A stretch of 64,000 bases of DNA, from positions 5,476-69,475 of the IMG/VR virus record IMGVR_UViG_3300023242_000006; one strand, 5' to 3'. Below, piece after piece: positions 39,850 through 50,523 of this stretch. The notes beneath the pieces are model-generated. The model searched no databases. It was not told the DNA's origin and saw nothing but the letters and a program-made list of their open reading frames with translations. The stretch comes from a virus. How positions within the stretch are numbered: the stretch's first letter is position 1; each line of letters starts with the position of its first letter. Position numbers and translations under genes: made by a program.

Positions 39850-41877
39850 CTATAATCGAATTATTGTTAAATTAATATTCTTTTTATCGATATCTACACT
39901 AGAAACTACAACGTGAACCATATCACCCAAACGAATCTTATCACCTGTGTTATACCCTTTAACACAATAGTTACTCATATCAACTTGATATGTATCACCA
40001 GAAATTTCAGATAACTTAATAAGTCCTTCGGCTTTGGAATCAATTAATTCAACGTATATTCCGTATTCAGTTAATGATGTGATTATACCTTTATTTACAG
40101 TACCTACTTTATCGTTTAAATAAACACAATACATGTATTTGATTGAGTCACGTTCAGCTTTCTGTGCTTTCTTTTCTCTTTCAGATAAATGAATACATCT
40201 AGTTTCTAACTTCTCTAACTTAGGTGTTGTTTTCTTGTTCTCATCCAAATACAAAGCTAACAATCTATGAACGATTACATCACTGTAACGTCTGATTGGA
40301 CTAGTAAAGTGTGAATAGTTAGCAAAACCTAAACCATAGTGACCAATGTTTTTTGTTGTATAGTTTGCTTTTTGCATTGTTCTGACAACTAAGTTATTAA
40401 CCATATCTTCTTCAGCAGTACCACGTATATCTATTAACAATTTGTTAAGGGATTTTGTTGTTTCTTCTGGGGTATCGATTTTAATATCGTAACCAAACTG
40501 AACAATAAAGTCTTTTAACGCTGCTAACTTTTCTTCGTTAGGTTTATCGTGTGCTCTATTCACGTTGGGTAAACCTTTCGTGTTGATGAACTGAGCTACG
40601 TGTTTATTCGCTAACAACATGTATTCTTCAATAAGTTTGTTTGAGTCTTTGGCAACCTTGAATATAATCCCAGTTGGTTTACTATTCTCATCCAATTTGA
40701 ATTTGACCTCTTGTTTATCAAATGATAAAGAACCTTTTATCAAACGAACTTTACGCATCTTTTTAGCTATCTTGTTCAACGCCAATACAGCATCGGCTAG
40801 TTTTCTAGCTGGGTCCCAACCTAATAACCTTAAACCAGTGTCTTCCAATAGTATTTTGGTTCTACCCTCAACATCGTCTTTAGGTAACCTACCCAATTCA
40901 ATGATAGCTTGCGCTTCTTCGTAGCTAAATCTGTGGTCAGAGTTAATTACGGTTCTACCGAACCATTCTTCTAACACATGACCATTGTGGTCTAACTTAA
41001 AGACAGCAGAAAAACATAATTTATCTTCATTAGGTCTTAACGAACATAACCCATTAGATAGGTTCTCTGGAAGCATAGGGACACATCTATCAACTAAGTA
41101 AACACTTGTACCTCTGGCAAAAGCTTCTTTATCTAATTCGCTATCTGGACGTAAGTAATGTGATACATCGGCAATATGAACGCCAACATACAACTCACCA
41201 TCAAGCCATTCCACGCTCAACGCATCGTCAAAGTCTTTGGCATCAGCTGGGTCAATTGTGAAGGTAAGTACATCACGCATATCTCTACGTTTATCAATTT
41301 CTTCTTGTGTAATTTCTGTAGAAATCAAATTGGCCTCCATAATTACATCTGTTTCGAAATAGTAAGGTAAACCATATTCTTCTAAAATACTATGTATCTC
41401 AGTTTCGTGTTCACCAGCATTACCTAGAATTCTGATAACTTCACCGTTAGGGTTTTTAGCACCTTCTTTCCATTCAGTTATACTTGCAATTACTTTTTGG
41501 CCTTCTGTAGCACCCATTGTCTTGTTTAATGGAATAAAAAAGTCAATTGGTAGTTTGTTGCTATCTGGAACAAAGAAAGCAAATTTAGCGCTTATTTGGA
41601 TTACACCAACAAACTCTGTTCTAAAACGCTCAACTACCTCAATTACTTTACCTTCAAGTGCACGACCTTGACCAACCATTACCTCAATTTTTACCTTATC
41701 CAAATGCAACGCATGGTTAGTGTTGGTTTTATGAACATAAATGTCTTTTGGTAAATTCTCACTCACCAAATATGCGGACCCACTTTGAGTCATTGAGATT
41801 CGCCCTTCTAGTATGTCACCAACATTAATTCTATTTATTTTTTTTTCTATCATTATTATTTTTTTACAAATATACAT
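39850..41877 (-). CDS. RNase R / RNase II family 3'-5' exoribonuclease
   Basis: 675 aa with N-terminal OB/cold-shock-like region, central RNB-like region and C-terminal S1-like domain (..GIITSLTEYGIYVEL..). The size is that of VacB/RNase R. Confidence 0.65.
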   Translation of the reverse strand: MYICKKIIMIEKKINRINVGDILEGRISMTQSGSAYLVSENLPKDIYVHKTNTNHALHLDKVKIEVMVGQGRALEGKVIEVVERFRTEFVGVIQISAKFAFFVPDSNKLPIDFFIPLNKTMGATEGQKVIASITEWKEGAKNPNGEVIRILGNAGEHETEIHSILEEYGLPYYFETDVIMEANLISTEITQEEIDKRRDMRDVLTFTIDPADAKDFDDALSVEWLDGELYVGVHIADVSHYLRPDSELDKEAFARGTSVYLVDRCVPMLPENLSNGLCSLRPNEDKLCFSAVFKLDHNGHVLEEWFGRTVINSDHRFSYEEAQAIIELGRLPKDDVEGRTKILLEDTGLRLLGWDPARKLADAVLALNKIAKKMRKVRLIKGSLSFDKQEVKFKLDENSKPTGIIFKVAKDSNKLIEEYMLLANKHVAQFINTKGLPNVNRAHDKPNEEKLAALKDFIVQFGYDIKIDTPEETTKSLNKLLIDIRGTAEEDMVNNLVVRTMQKANYTTKNIGHYGLGFANYSHFTSPIRRYSDVIVHRLLALYLDENKKTTPKLEKLETRCIHLSEREKKAQKAERDSIKYMYCVYLNDKVGTVNKGIITSLTEYGIYVELIDSKAEGLIKLSEISGDTYQVDMSNYCVKGYNTGDKIRLGDMVHVVVSSVDIDKKNINLTIIRL

Positions 41878-41964
41878 ATTAATATTTCAATAAACAATTT
41901 TTTTTTCATATAAATTTGTTTTTTTTTAAAAATTACTTATATTTATATATAGAAACTATATATT

Positions 41965-42126
41965 ATGAAAAAACAAGACAAACGAATTCTTCTAAATATT
42001 GATGGGGAATTAAAAACAGAATTTACAAAAAAATGTGATGATAACCATATGAAAATATCAGCCAGAATAAAATATTTAATTAGATTAGATGTAGAAAATA
42101 AAATAATTATTAAAAATGGAAACTAA
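41965..42126 (+). CDS. Ribbon-helix-helix (CopG/Arc-like) protein; overlaps the downstream HNH gene start by 11 nt
   Basis: ILLNIDGELKTEFTKKCDDNHMKISARIKYLI. Confidence 0.5.
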   Translation: MKKQDKRILLNIDGELKTEFTKKCDDNHMKISARIKYLIRLDVENKIIIKNGN

Positions 42127-42877
42127 AGTATGTAAAAAATGTTCAATAGATAAACCAATATCTAATTTTAGTGTAGCTAAAGATAATAGAGACGGTTTAA
42201 ATAATATATGTAAAAAATGTAAATGTGAATATAGTAAAAATTACACATTAAATAATTTTAATGAAATTTCAATAAAAAGAAAAAAATTTTATAATATTAA
42301 TAAAGATAGATTATTAAATCCAGAAACCTATGTTTTAATACATAATAAAATTTGTAGTGTTTGTAATGATGATAAAGCTATTTGTGAATTTAATAAAAAT
42401 AAAAAAAGTAATGATGGGTATAGAGCAGATTGTAAAATTTGTCAAGCTAAAAAAGGTAAAATATATCGGCTAAATAATGTTGATAAATTAAAACAATATC
42501 GTTTAGATAATAAAAATAATATAAACCAATATAGAAAAAATAAAAAACAAACTGATATTAATTATAAAATAACCTGTAATTTAAGAACTAGACTTTGGTC
42601 AGCTATTAAAAACGAATATAAATCTGGTTCAGCAGTAAGTGATTTAGGTTGTAGTATTGAATATTTTAAAAACTATATTGAATTAAAATTTGAAGATAAA
42701 ATGTCTTGGGATACTTGGGGTCGTGATACTTGGCATTTAGACCATGTAAAACCATTATCATCGTTTAATTTATCTAATAGGGAAGAATTTTTAATAGCTG
42801 TTAATTATAAAAACATTAAACCAATGTGGTGTAAAGATAATTTAAGTAAAGGTGGGGTGAAAAATGTTCATGCTTAG
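42116..42877 (+). CDS. HNH homing endonuclease
   Basis: Cys-rich N-terminus with C-terminal WHLDHVKPLSS...N...PMWCKDNLSKG. It lies on the plus strand amid minus-strand genes. Confidence 0.7.
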   Translation: METKVCKKCSIDKPISNFSVAKDNRDGLNNICKKCKCEYSKNYTLNNFNEISIKRKKFYNINKDRLLNPETYVLIHNKICSVCNDDKAICEFNKNKKSNDGYRADCKICQAKKGKIYRLNNVDKLKQYRLDNKNNINQYRKNKKQTDINYKITCNLRTRLWSAIKNEYKSGSAVSDLGCSIEYFKNYIELKFEDKMSWDTWGRDTWHLDHVKPLSSFNLSNREEFLIAVNYKNIKPMWCKDNLSKGGVKNVHA

Positions 42878-42919
42878 TCTTCCTTCTAATATATCGTTTA
42901 TTTTAATCATTCTTTTTTA

Positions 42920-43435
42920 TTAATCGACAATGAAATCATTAATCATCTCATTGTACTTTTCTTCGTTATTTTGTATTTTCCCGTAATACATTCTAGCCAT
43001 TGGCCCATACTGTTCTTGTTTATATTTTAGGTTTAATTGTTGTGTTTCATACCATGGGTAGATTTCCTTGTTGAAGTGGTAAAACAATCTACATGCGTAT
43101 CTGTCTGCAAAAATTTCTTCTTCAAAGATATGTGCTGTGAATTCATTAAAGTCTTCTATTGATAAATTAGCTAACATCAAGTCTTTACCCATTCTACTAA
43201 TACGTTTCATGTGTGCAGTTTCGTGAAGCAATATGAAGTAAACCAACTTGTCATGGTATCTATTAATCACCGACATATCCAACAATACACCATTAAGTGT
43301 AGCAATGGCCAAAGGTCCTCTAAGTTTTCTATCTTTATAAACAAATTCAGAACCCACCATAAACTGAATCAATTTGATGAAATCGTATTTTCCATCACGT
43401 TCAATTAGTTTATCTATGATTTTTTTGTCTATCAT
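42920..43435 (-). CDS. Putative HExxH metallopeptidase-like protein
   Basis: LHETAHM motif. Otherwise unassigned. Confidence 0.35.
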   Translation of the reverse strand: MIDKKIIDKLIERDGKYDFIKLIQFMVGSEFVYKDRKLRGPLAIATLNGVLLDMSVINRYHDKLVYFILLHETAHMKRISRMGKDLMLANLSIEDFNEFTAHIFEEEIFADRYACRLFYHFNKEIYPWYETQQLNLKYKQEQYGPMARMYYGKIQNNEEKYNEMINDFIVD

Positions 43436-43743
43436 TAATATAAGTCTTCAGAGAACAACACTATTTTGTGTTGTGTTATTTGCCCAGCCTCAAAAGCGAT
43501 TTGTGCCGCTTCTTCACGTTCAACAAATCTATCAGTATTGGTTAAGAACCCTTGTCTTTCAGTTCGCTTCAAAGCATGTGCATTTTCATCATATGGAAAA
43601 CCAACCATCTTAGCAAACATGCTAATACAGTTGTGGTGTCTTCTACCACAAATTACAAATCCAGACTCAATGTTTTTTGGGCCATGAGTCATCTCTTTAC
43701 CATCATCATAATGGTTTGCCGCACATAAAATATATTCTTTCAT
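43435..43743 (-). CDS. Hypothetical protein
   Basis: 102 aa. Promoter motif 3 nt upstream. Confidence 0.45.
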   Translation of the reverse strand: MKEYILCAANHYDDGKEMTHGPKNIESGFVICGRRHHNCISMFAKMVGFPYDENAHALKRTERQGFLTNTDRFVEREEAAQIAFEAGQITQHKIVLFSEDLY

Positions 43744-43841
43744 ATTACAAAGGTACTATTAATTTTTTATATATCCAAATAATAATGTTCAATTCTATCG
43801 TCTTTTTAAAAATATGTGGATATTTATAATAAATATAAATT

Positions 43842-44486
43842 ATGACACTAGAAGAAAAAAAAGAAGCTAAAAGACTTTACGATATGGAATATCGTAAAAA
43901 AAATAAATTAAGAATATCAAAACAACAAAAAGCTAGATATAATGCTTTAAGTGACGAAGAACGTTTAATTATTAATAAAAATAAATACGAAAAATTAGAT
44001 AAAGAAAAAAAGAAAAAAAAAGATAAAGAATATGCTATTAAAAATAAAGAAAAATTAAATTTAAAAAAGAAATTATGGGGGTTAGAAAACCCAGAAAAAC
44101 ATAAAAAAGCTAAATATGATTATGTAAAGAAAATGATGAGTACTGATATTCTTTATAAACTAAAGAGATATGTTTCCGCATCAATAAATCAAAGTTTAAA
44201 GAAAAAAGGTTTTTATAAAAAATATAGGTCGTATGAAATACTTGGGTGTTCTTATGAAGAATTTAAAACCCATATCGAATCTAAGTTTGAACAATGGATG
44301 AATTGGGAAAATCGTGGTAATTGGAATGGGGTACCCAAAGAAATTAATACTGCTTGGGATATTGACCATATACTACCACTTAGTTCAGCAATGTGTGAAG
44401 AAGACGTTATTAAACTTAATCACTACACCAATCTACAACCACTTTGTAGTTATACTAATAGAAATATAAAAAGAGACCAATATTAA
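43842..44486 (+). CDS. HNH homing endonuclease
   Basis: C-terminus WDIDHILPLSSA....N.QPLCSYTNRNIK. Basic N-terminal region. Plus strand. Confidence 0.7.
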   Translation: MTLEEKKEAKRLYDMEYRKKNKLRISKQQKARYNALSDEERLIINKNKYEKLDKEKKKKKDKEYAIKNKEKLNLKKKLWGLENPEKHKKAKYDYVKKMMSTDILYKLKRYVSASINQSLKKKGFYKKYRSYEILGCSYEEFKTHIESKFEQWMNWENRGNWNGVPKEINTAWDIDHILPLSSAMCEEDVIKLNHYTNLQPLCSYTNRNIKRDQY

Positions 44487-44496
44487 TCTCTTTTTA

Positions 44497-45021
44497 TTAA
44501 TGTCTATGTGCTGGAACTAAATTAATTTTAAAACTCGTTAATCGACCAGCTTTAACCAACTTATCACCAAATTCTTGAAATATTGGGATATGCTCCTTAC
44601 GGTCATCCCAAGCTTCTAATTCATTTACGTTAGCATATTTTTCTAACAATGATTCCATTGTTTTTATTTTAGCAACATCAGTACTACCACCTCTGTTGAA
44701 ATGGTACTCATCGAATATTAACCCTTTTGCGTCTAAGATTTTCTTTACCAAGTCACCTAGCTTCACTATTCGACCAGTCAACATAACCATACATGTGTTT
44801 GCGTTAACTTTCTCTTTCTTATATGCTGAAGTAACCATTGGCACCGTTGGCATATCAAAGATATCCATATCTAAGCTGAAAGGTTGTCCCCACCATCCAG
44901 GGAAAGGCCAAACCTTTCCAGTTTTTTCTTGGTATTCTTTTTTACCAAATTCTGGAAGAGGTGTCATTAATAAAGTGCCGTCAAAATCGAAAACAGCTAG
45001 TCTAGTTATTTTTTTTTCCAT
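44497..45021 (-). CDS. HAD-superfamily hydrolase
   Basis: Motif I VFDFDGTL. Confidence 0.6.
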   Translation of the reverse strand: MEKKITRLAVFDFDGTLLMTPLPEFGKKEYQEKTGKVWPFPGWWGQPFSLDMDIFDMPTVPMVTSAYKKEKVNANTCMVMLTGRIVKLGDLVKKILDAKGLIFDEYHFNRGGSTDVAKIKTMESLLEKYANVNELEAWDDRKEHIPIFQEFGDKLVKAGRLTSFKINLVPAHRH

Positions 45022-45025
45022 AATA

Positions 45026-45712
45026 TTAGTTTTTATATTTCCAAATGTATTTATAAGCGTGTTTTGTTTTATTTCTTAAATTTGCACTAATGTTTTTTCT
45101 AGACAACCCAAGTTCATTCTCAACATCTTGTGCACTTTTCCATTCTTTAATAAAATTGTTATTTAAATCGTATTGTAAAATAGGTTTTTTAATACTTTCA
45201 GCATTATTTTTAACCCATTCTTCAGATTTAATTATTTTTTTACCTCTAAGGTTATCAATAGCTTTCTGGTGAGCTAAAGTTTTACCAGTTTTTTTTCTAT
45301 TTTCAGAAATTAATTTTTTTGTTTCTTCTGAATGTGGGTTATAAACTCTATTTTTATTCGCTTCTCTTATTTTTTGTTTACGTTCCTCTGAATAAATAAC
45401 ACCAAAACCACCATCACCACCTAATGTTAAATTCATTCCGTTTTCATTATTACCATGAAAAGAATTATATTCATTTATATAATTGATTTCAATTTCATTT
45501 ATTTCATTTAACGAATGTTCACCTTCGTATATAACATCAAAACTATGACCGCTAAAACCATATTTTAATAATGAGTAATATATTAATGGTTGTTTTTTAC
45601 ATTTTAAACGTCTATAATAATCAAGTCTTAATTTTAAATTACTCGTTTTACCGATATAAATTCTACCAGATGGCGAAACTATTTTATAAATTTGACAAAT
45701 CTTTTTTTCCAT
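45026..45712 (-). CDS. GIY-YIG homing endonuclease (Seg/I-TevI-like) with NUMOD-type DNA-binding modules
   Basis: IYKIVSPSGRIYIGKTSNLKLRLDYY (GIY..YIG), repeated ..H.EETKKLISE.. and ..HQKAIDNLRG.., and a C-terminal HTH. Confidence 0.75.
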   Translation of the reverse strand: MEKKICQIYKIVSPSGRIYIGKTSNLKLRLDYYRRLKCKKQPLIYYSLLKYGFSGHSFDVIYEGEHSLNEINEIEINYINEYNSFHGNNENGMNLTLGGDGGFGVIYSEERKQKIREANKNRVYNPHSEETKKLISENRKKTGKTLAHQKAIDNLRGKKIIKSEEWVKNNAESIKKPILQYDLNNNFIKEWKSAQDVENELGLSRKNISANLRNKTKHAYKYIWKYKN

Positions 45713-45921
45713 AATATTGTTTTATTAATAAATATCACAATATTTCTCAAAATCAAATTTATTTTACAACCAACGTTCCATCAAAATCAAATACCGATAA
45801 TTTATTTATATTTTCCATAATTCTAATTTTCTGTTTCTAAACGTTTAATTACGTCTTTAATGTTAATAAATGATATTATTATACGTGATAGTATCGATAG
45901 CTGTTAATTTTGTCATGTGAT

Positions 45922-46308
45922 TTAAAGCTTTTTAATTAACACAACAAACACACTTAAAATAATCAAAACCATTGTCACTAACATCAACGTTGCTTTGTAA
46001 ACCCTTAGATAACGATTATATTTTAAACCATTATTTAAAAGAGCACCATATATCCTTTTTGTTGCTGAACCAATCAATACTTTTGTTATATTTGAATGTG
46101 CGTTTATTGTTTGTTTAAGTGCACCACTTATTCTTTTTGTTTCACATAACTTTTCCTTCTTTAATTTATCTATAGTTTCCAAGTTATTTTTTTCATAATC
46201 ATCTATGATTCTTAAAACATTTTCAATGTTTGGTTTGGGTTTTTGAATCTCATTATTTAGTTTTTCTGAAAGTTTCCCCCGTCTTGTTTTTAATATATCA
46301 AATTTCAT
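45922..46308 (-). CDS. Hypothetical protein with C-terminal TM
   Basis: 128 aa. Promoter motif at 46323. Confidence 0.45.
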   Translation of the reverse strand: MKFDILKTRRGKLSEKLNNEIQKPKPNIENVLRIIDDYEKNNLETIDKLKKEKLCETKRISGALKQTINAHSNITKVLIGSATKRIYGALLNNGLKYNRYLRVYKATLMLVTMVLIILSVFVVLIKKL

Positions 46309-46335
46309 TCTTTTTTTTCTTTTACAAAGGTAATC

Positions 46336-46800
46336 TTAATTTTTGAATATTCCAAATATTCGTTTATAAATATTTTGTAAAAATTTAATAACCTTTTCAA
46401 ATATATTTTCGTTTGAGTAAAAATAATCTATGTAATCCAACTGTGCCGTTGATGGTGACGTTGGTTGGATGCTAATTAAATCTTGTGAAACTGTAGACGC
46501 AGCAACGTTTTGAATTACTGGAAAAACAAAGTTATGAAATTCTTCACCCATTTTCCAGTAAAAATCTAAATCAATGTTGGCTTCGAAAATTCGTGCCCAT
46601 CCATATATGTAACCTTTGGCCTCAACTTTAGTAAGACCAAAAACGGTGATAATATCTTTTACCAGCTTATCACCATTGAATGGAATTGAGATTCTTAGGT
46701 CACTATACCTTTGATAGATACCTTGATTTCCAACATCACTAGTTTTTATATAATAATTTTCTGATAAGTAAACATATATAAGTTTTTTCATATACAACAT
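46336..46800 (-). CDS. Hypothetical protein
   Basis: ORF of 154 aa. Confidence 0.45.
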   Translation of the reverse strand: MLYMKKLIYVYLSENYYIKTSDVGNQGIYQRYSDLRISIPFNGDKLVKDIITVFGLTKVEAKGYIYGWARIFEANIDLDFYWKMGEEFHNFVFPVIQNVAASTVSQDLISIQPTSPSTAQLDYIDYFYSNENIFEKVIKFLQNIYKRIFGIFKN

Positions 46801-46827
46801 TACTTATAATGATAACACTAGTAAAGG

Positions 46828-47322
46828 TTATTTAGATGGTTTTGGTTTAATCGTGGCGAACATTTTTTTACCTTCTAACTTAGGCATAGCCTCTGGGCTA
46901 CCATATTCTTCAACTGCAAGTATCGTCTTAAGAATTTGTTCTTGACCAATGTCAATATGTTGCATTTGTCGACCTCTAAATTGAAGACTAACTTTAATCC
47001 TATGGCCTTTTTGTAAAAACTCAACCATGTGTTTGATTCTGTAGTTCAAATCATTCTCAGATGTGTTAGGTCCTAGTTTGATTTCTTTCATGTCAAGTGT
47101 TTTGTTCTTAGGTTTTTTACTTTGTTCGTATATAAACTTTTCATAATTCATTACACGACAAACAGGTGGTTGAGCTTTTTCGTTAATCATAACCAAATCA
47201 AGTTCTTTTGATTTGGCTAATTTAATGGCATCAGCTAATGCCATTATTCCCTCATCAATAATACGCAATTCACTTGCTGTTATCTCTGAATTAAGTTTAT
47301 GTTCTATTATTTTTTTACGCAT
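46828..47322 (-). CDS. infC: Translation initiation factor IF-3
   Basis: ELRIIDEGIMALADAIKLAKSKELDLVMINEKAQPPVCRVMNYEKFIYEQSKK...LQFRGRQMQH aligns along the full length with bacterial IF-3. Confidence 0.8.
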   Translation of the reverse strand: MRKKIIEHKLNSEITASELRIIDEGIMALADAIKLAKSKELDLVMINEKAQPPVCRVMNYEKFIYEQSKKPKNKTLDMKEIKLGPNTSENDLNYRIKHMVEFLQKGHRIKVSLQFRGRQMQHIDIGQEQILKTILAVEEYGSPEAMPKLEGKKMFATIKPKPSK

Positions 47323-47707
47323 TAATTGCTTTGATTAATTCTTCAAACGATTCAACCTGTTTAACATCGTACTTTTCACATACAATATCAACATTGCCTT
47401 TCCTCCAGAAACCTTCTGGACATAAAACGATTAGTTTACCACCTTTGGCGTGTAACCCCAATTCCAACAATGAGATTGGTGACTTCGTATTAGGGTCGAA
47501 GTACATCAAAATGATGTCTGCCATGTCTAACGCTTTCAATTCCCAAGATACTTGTTCATTGAATTGTTTATTCTCAATTTTTTGCTCCCATGAGCTGTCC
47601 CAATCATCTCTTCTTGGGTTTAAAAACGTGTAACCTTTATAAGATAACTCGTCTACTATTCTTTTTTGCCAATTCTCAGCTTTACCCATTTCGATTGACC
47701 CAGCCAA
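47315..47707 (-). CDS. Nucleoside 2-deoxyribosyltransferase-like protein
   Basis: About 130 aa with the conserved LELG.H..GK..I...PEG Rossmann-like core typical of the family. Confidence 0.5.
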   Translation of the reverse strand: MAGSIEMGKAENWQKRIVDELSYKGYTFLNPRRDDWDSSWEQKIENKQFNEQVSWELKALDMADIILMYFDPNTKSPISLLELGLHAKGGKLIVLCPEGFWRKGNVDIVCEKYDVKQVESFEELIKAINA

Positions 47708-48250
47708 AAAAAATACATTTATTGTTTTTAGCGAATGTCAAATCATTTGGTGCTTGTATTTCTTTTGATTTTTCCATGAAATATTTTAATTCAAGTTGAT
47801 AGTGTAATCGTTAAAACCTACATCATCATTATTATCTTCGTCATCACTAGAATCGTCTGTGTTAGTAATAGTAATAGATTCAATTACTCCTTCAAGTTCG
47901 TCTAATACGGTCACTTCAATTGCACCAGTTACATCATCGTATTCTATGTCGATGATATATTCCCCTAAATCTACCTTTTTTCTTATTAACATTTAACCAT
48001 TCATAGTATTTGGTGTTATTTTACCAGCAATAATATCTGGTATTACTTTTTCTTGGTAATCGTTCAACAATTTTTCTCGTGTAACTGACCAACCAATTGG
48101 TGGTAATGTATAATCTTCAAAGTATGTATAGCGAATCATACCAGCAATGTTGGGACCAACCGACTTAATTTCACCATCTGGCATTACTAACTCAAATTTT
48201 CCGTCAACTATGTGTCTTATTTCGATATACATACTTATTATATTTTTGTT

Positions 48251-49423
48251 TTACCCACCAGAGATACAATCATTTTCACCATCATCGTCATTTATTTTAT
48301 CATTGTAAGTTATTTTATCAATGATATTTTTAGTAAAGTTAGCAACACCTTTTTTAGGTTTATTAACCACAGCACTACCATAACCATCGTAAGCATAAGC
48401 ATAGTTAACTATGTCAGCATCTTCTATTTTAATGAATAGTGGTTCTTCAAAACCTAATTTTTCACCTTTTTTATCTTCAAAAGGTTCAATCTCAATTGTT
48501 GAGAAATTAATAACACGACTAATAGTACCTATTGATTGACCATCAATCTCAAACCTATAACCTTGGTTATTCTCACTGTACATAGGTCTAGGGTATACGT
48601 TAACACCGCTAGCTATTTCAACCATCTCACCATTTTTATCTCTCATTGTAACATTGTGTTTACCTTTAATTTTTTTAACATTAAAGATAGATTCAAATAC
48701 CGATGGAGTTTCTTCATGAATATTAACCTCGCTGATGATTGCTTTAACAATATCAACAGTAATCGTTTCCAAATTAGAAATGAAATTGACGCATTCTTTT
48801 TTAAATTGTGTGTGAATCAATAAATCATTTACTATTTCTTCGACAACTTCTGGCTTCAAATCCTCGAATTTTTTAAGGTAACGGATACGTCCTGGTCTTT
48901 GTATAAGATTTTTTTCTATATACAACTCATTTGTAGTCAATAAGAATACTCTTCTAAACTCAGAATTTAACGCACCATCCATGATTGTTAACATCGTAGA
49001 TGAATCACCAAATATCTTCTCATACTCATCTATAAATATAGTTATATTTTGAGAAATTGAGTTTAAGAATGTATGGATTCCTTGAATGTTTGATTCTACT
49101 AGGATAGTTGGTTGGTTTAATTGTGTTGCGATAACTTTCGAAGAAACAGTTTTACCAGTACCTTTTAAACCATTTAACAAAATACCCAAATTATTATTCG
49201 TCGCACTATATGTTTTGATGATTCGGTTAATCAAATCACTCTCCAAACCATATAATTTGTAGTCGAATGTGAAACCATCACTATGTTTAACCAAATAAAA
49301 ACGTCCATATTCGTCTACACCTACTGTATAGATAGCGTTTTCTAATTTTTCAAATTCTTGCGATGGATGAGTAAGGTAAAGTTTTTTACCATCAGCATTC
49401 CATACTTTTTTTACGTCTCCCAT
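48251..49423 (-). CDS. P-loop ATPase (Walker A GLKGTGKT, Walker B IFIDEYE)
   Basis: Motifs read directly. Confidence 0.6.
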   Translation of the reverse strand: MGDVKKVWNADGKKLYLTHPSQEFEKLENAIYTVGVDEYGRFYLVKHSDGFTFDYKLYGLESDLINRIIKTYSATNNNLGILLNGLKGTGKTVSSKVIATQLNQPTILVESNIQGIHTFLNSISQNITIFIDEYEKIFGDSSTMLTIMDGALNSEFRRVFLLTTNELYIEKNLIQRPGRIRYLKKFEDLKPEVVEEIVNDLLIHTQFKKECVNFISNLETITVDIVKAIISEVNIHEETPSVFESIFNVKKIKGKHNVTMRDKNGEMVEIASGVNVYPRPMYSENNQGYRFEIDGQSIGTISRVINFSTIEIEPFEDKKGEKLGFEEPLFIKIEDADIVNYAYAYDGYGSAVVNKPKKGVANFTKNIIDKITYNDKINDDDGENDCISGG

Positions 49424-49569
49424 TATATTTATTTTAAATGTTACTAATTAACTCTAACTTTTCTTTTCTAGTTAGTTGTTTTATTCTATATTCTTCTTTA
49501 CTGGCTAAACTTCTATTTTCAACCTCAAAGGAATATCGTAGAATAACGGGTAATCTTGTCATGGTATAT

Positions 49570-50457
49570 TTAGCACAATTTGTCACTAATTTTTTCATTA
49601 TATCTAATAATAATTAAATTAATATTTTTGCTTTTACAATAATCTTTTTTAATTTTATCGTTAATTTGTTGTTGTTTAAATTTTATTATTCCACCAAAAT
49701 AATTAACTGGTTTGTAATGTTGAATACCGTTGAATTCAATACATATATTATAATCTGGTAAATAAAAATCAAATGGTAATAAATTAATATTTTTACAATC
49801 AGGAAATTTATATTGTCGTAAATATTTTATTTTTTTATTTTCTAATATATCTTTAATTTCAATTTCACCTTTTGATTCATTACATAAAGGACAACCATGT
49901 TTTCTGTTGATATGATGGTCTGGAGATTGTTCAAACTCACCATGCTCTGGACATATTATTTTAACCTTAATTTTATTATTTCTATAATTAACTTTTGAAT
50001 AATCATATTTATTATTATGTATTTTATCACCCTCTTCTATAAATGTTTCAATATTTTTATTATTATAAGTACAGTAAGTACAACCATGACCCTTTAAATG
50101 ATTACTTGGTGTTTGCTTGAATTCACCGTGGATTGAACAAATTATCTTTATTTCATTATGTGAACTGATATAATTAATATTTTTATAATCGAATTTATTA
50201 CCATGTATTTTAATCGCATCAAAAATAAATTTCTCGTTATTTTTAGTTAATTTATTTTTCATCTCTTCTCTTCCACATAATAAACAGCCTTTACCTTGTA
50301 TATGTGATTTTGGAGTCTGTTTAAATTCTCCATGTATCGGACAAATTATAACAACTTTTTGTGTTTGATTAATATAATCGACTAAACTATATTCATATTT
50401 ATTTGAATGTTTATTATTAGCTTTAATTTTAAAATTCTCTGTATTTGATGTACTCAT
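49570..50457 (-). CDS. Putative homing endonuclease: three zinc-ribbon repeats plus a C-terminal PD-(D/E)XK (Vsr/DUF559-like) nuclease domain
   Basis: Same KYDYS..IICPIHGEF.Q.P..H..G.GC..C repeats as 31308..32258. C-terminus FDFYLPDYNICIEFNGIQHY. Confidence 0.6.
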   Translation of the reverse strand: MSTSNTENFKIKANNKHSNKYEYSLVDYINQTQKVVIICPIHGEFKQTPKSHIQGKGCLLCGREEMKNKLTKNNEKFIFDAIKIHGNKFDYKNINYISSHNEIKIICSIHGEFKQTPSNHLKGHGCTYCTYNNKNIETFIEEGDKIHNNKYDYSKVNYRNNKIKVKIICPEHGEFEQSPDHHINRKHGCPLCNESKGEIEIKDILENKKIKYLRQYKFPDCKNINLLPFDFYLPDYNICIEFNGIQHYKPVNYFGGIIKFKQQQINDKIKKDYCKSKNINLIIIRYNEKISDKLC

Positions 50458-50523
50458 AATTATTCTTTATTATAAATATATCAAAATATTATAAAATACT
50501 GTTTTGTTCTGAATTTACTAAAA

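Noticed and set aside
40619-41370. Plus-strand ORFs 40619..40924 and 41176..41370 inside the RNase R gene
   Set aside because: These are antisense to a long conserved CDS and have low-complexity Ser/Leu-rich translations.
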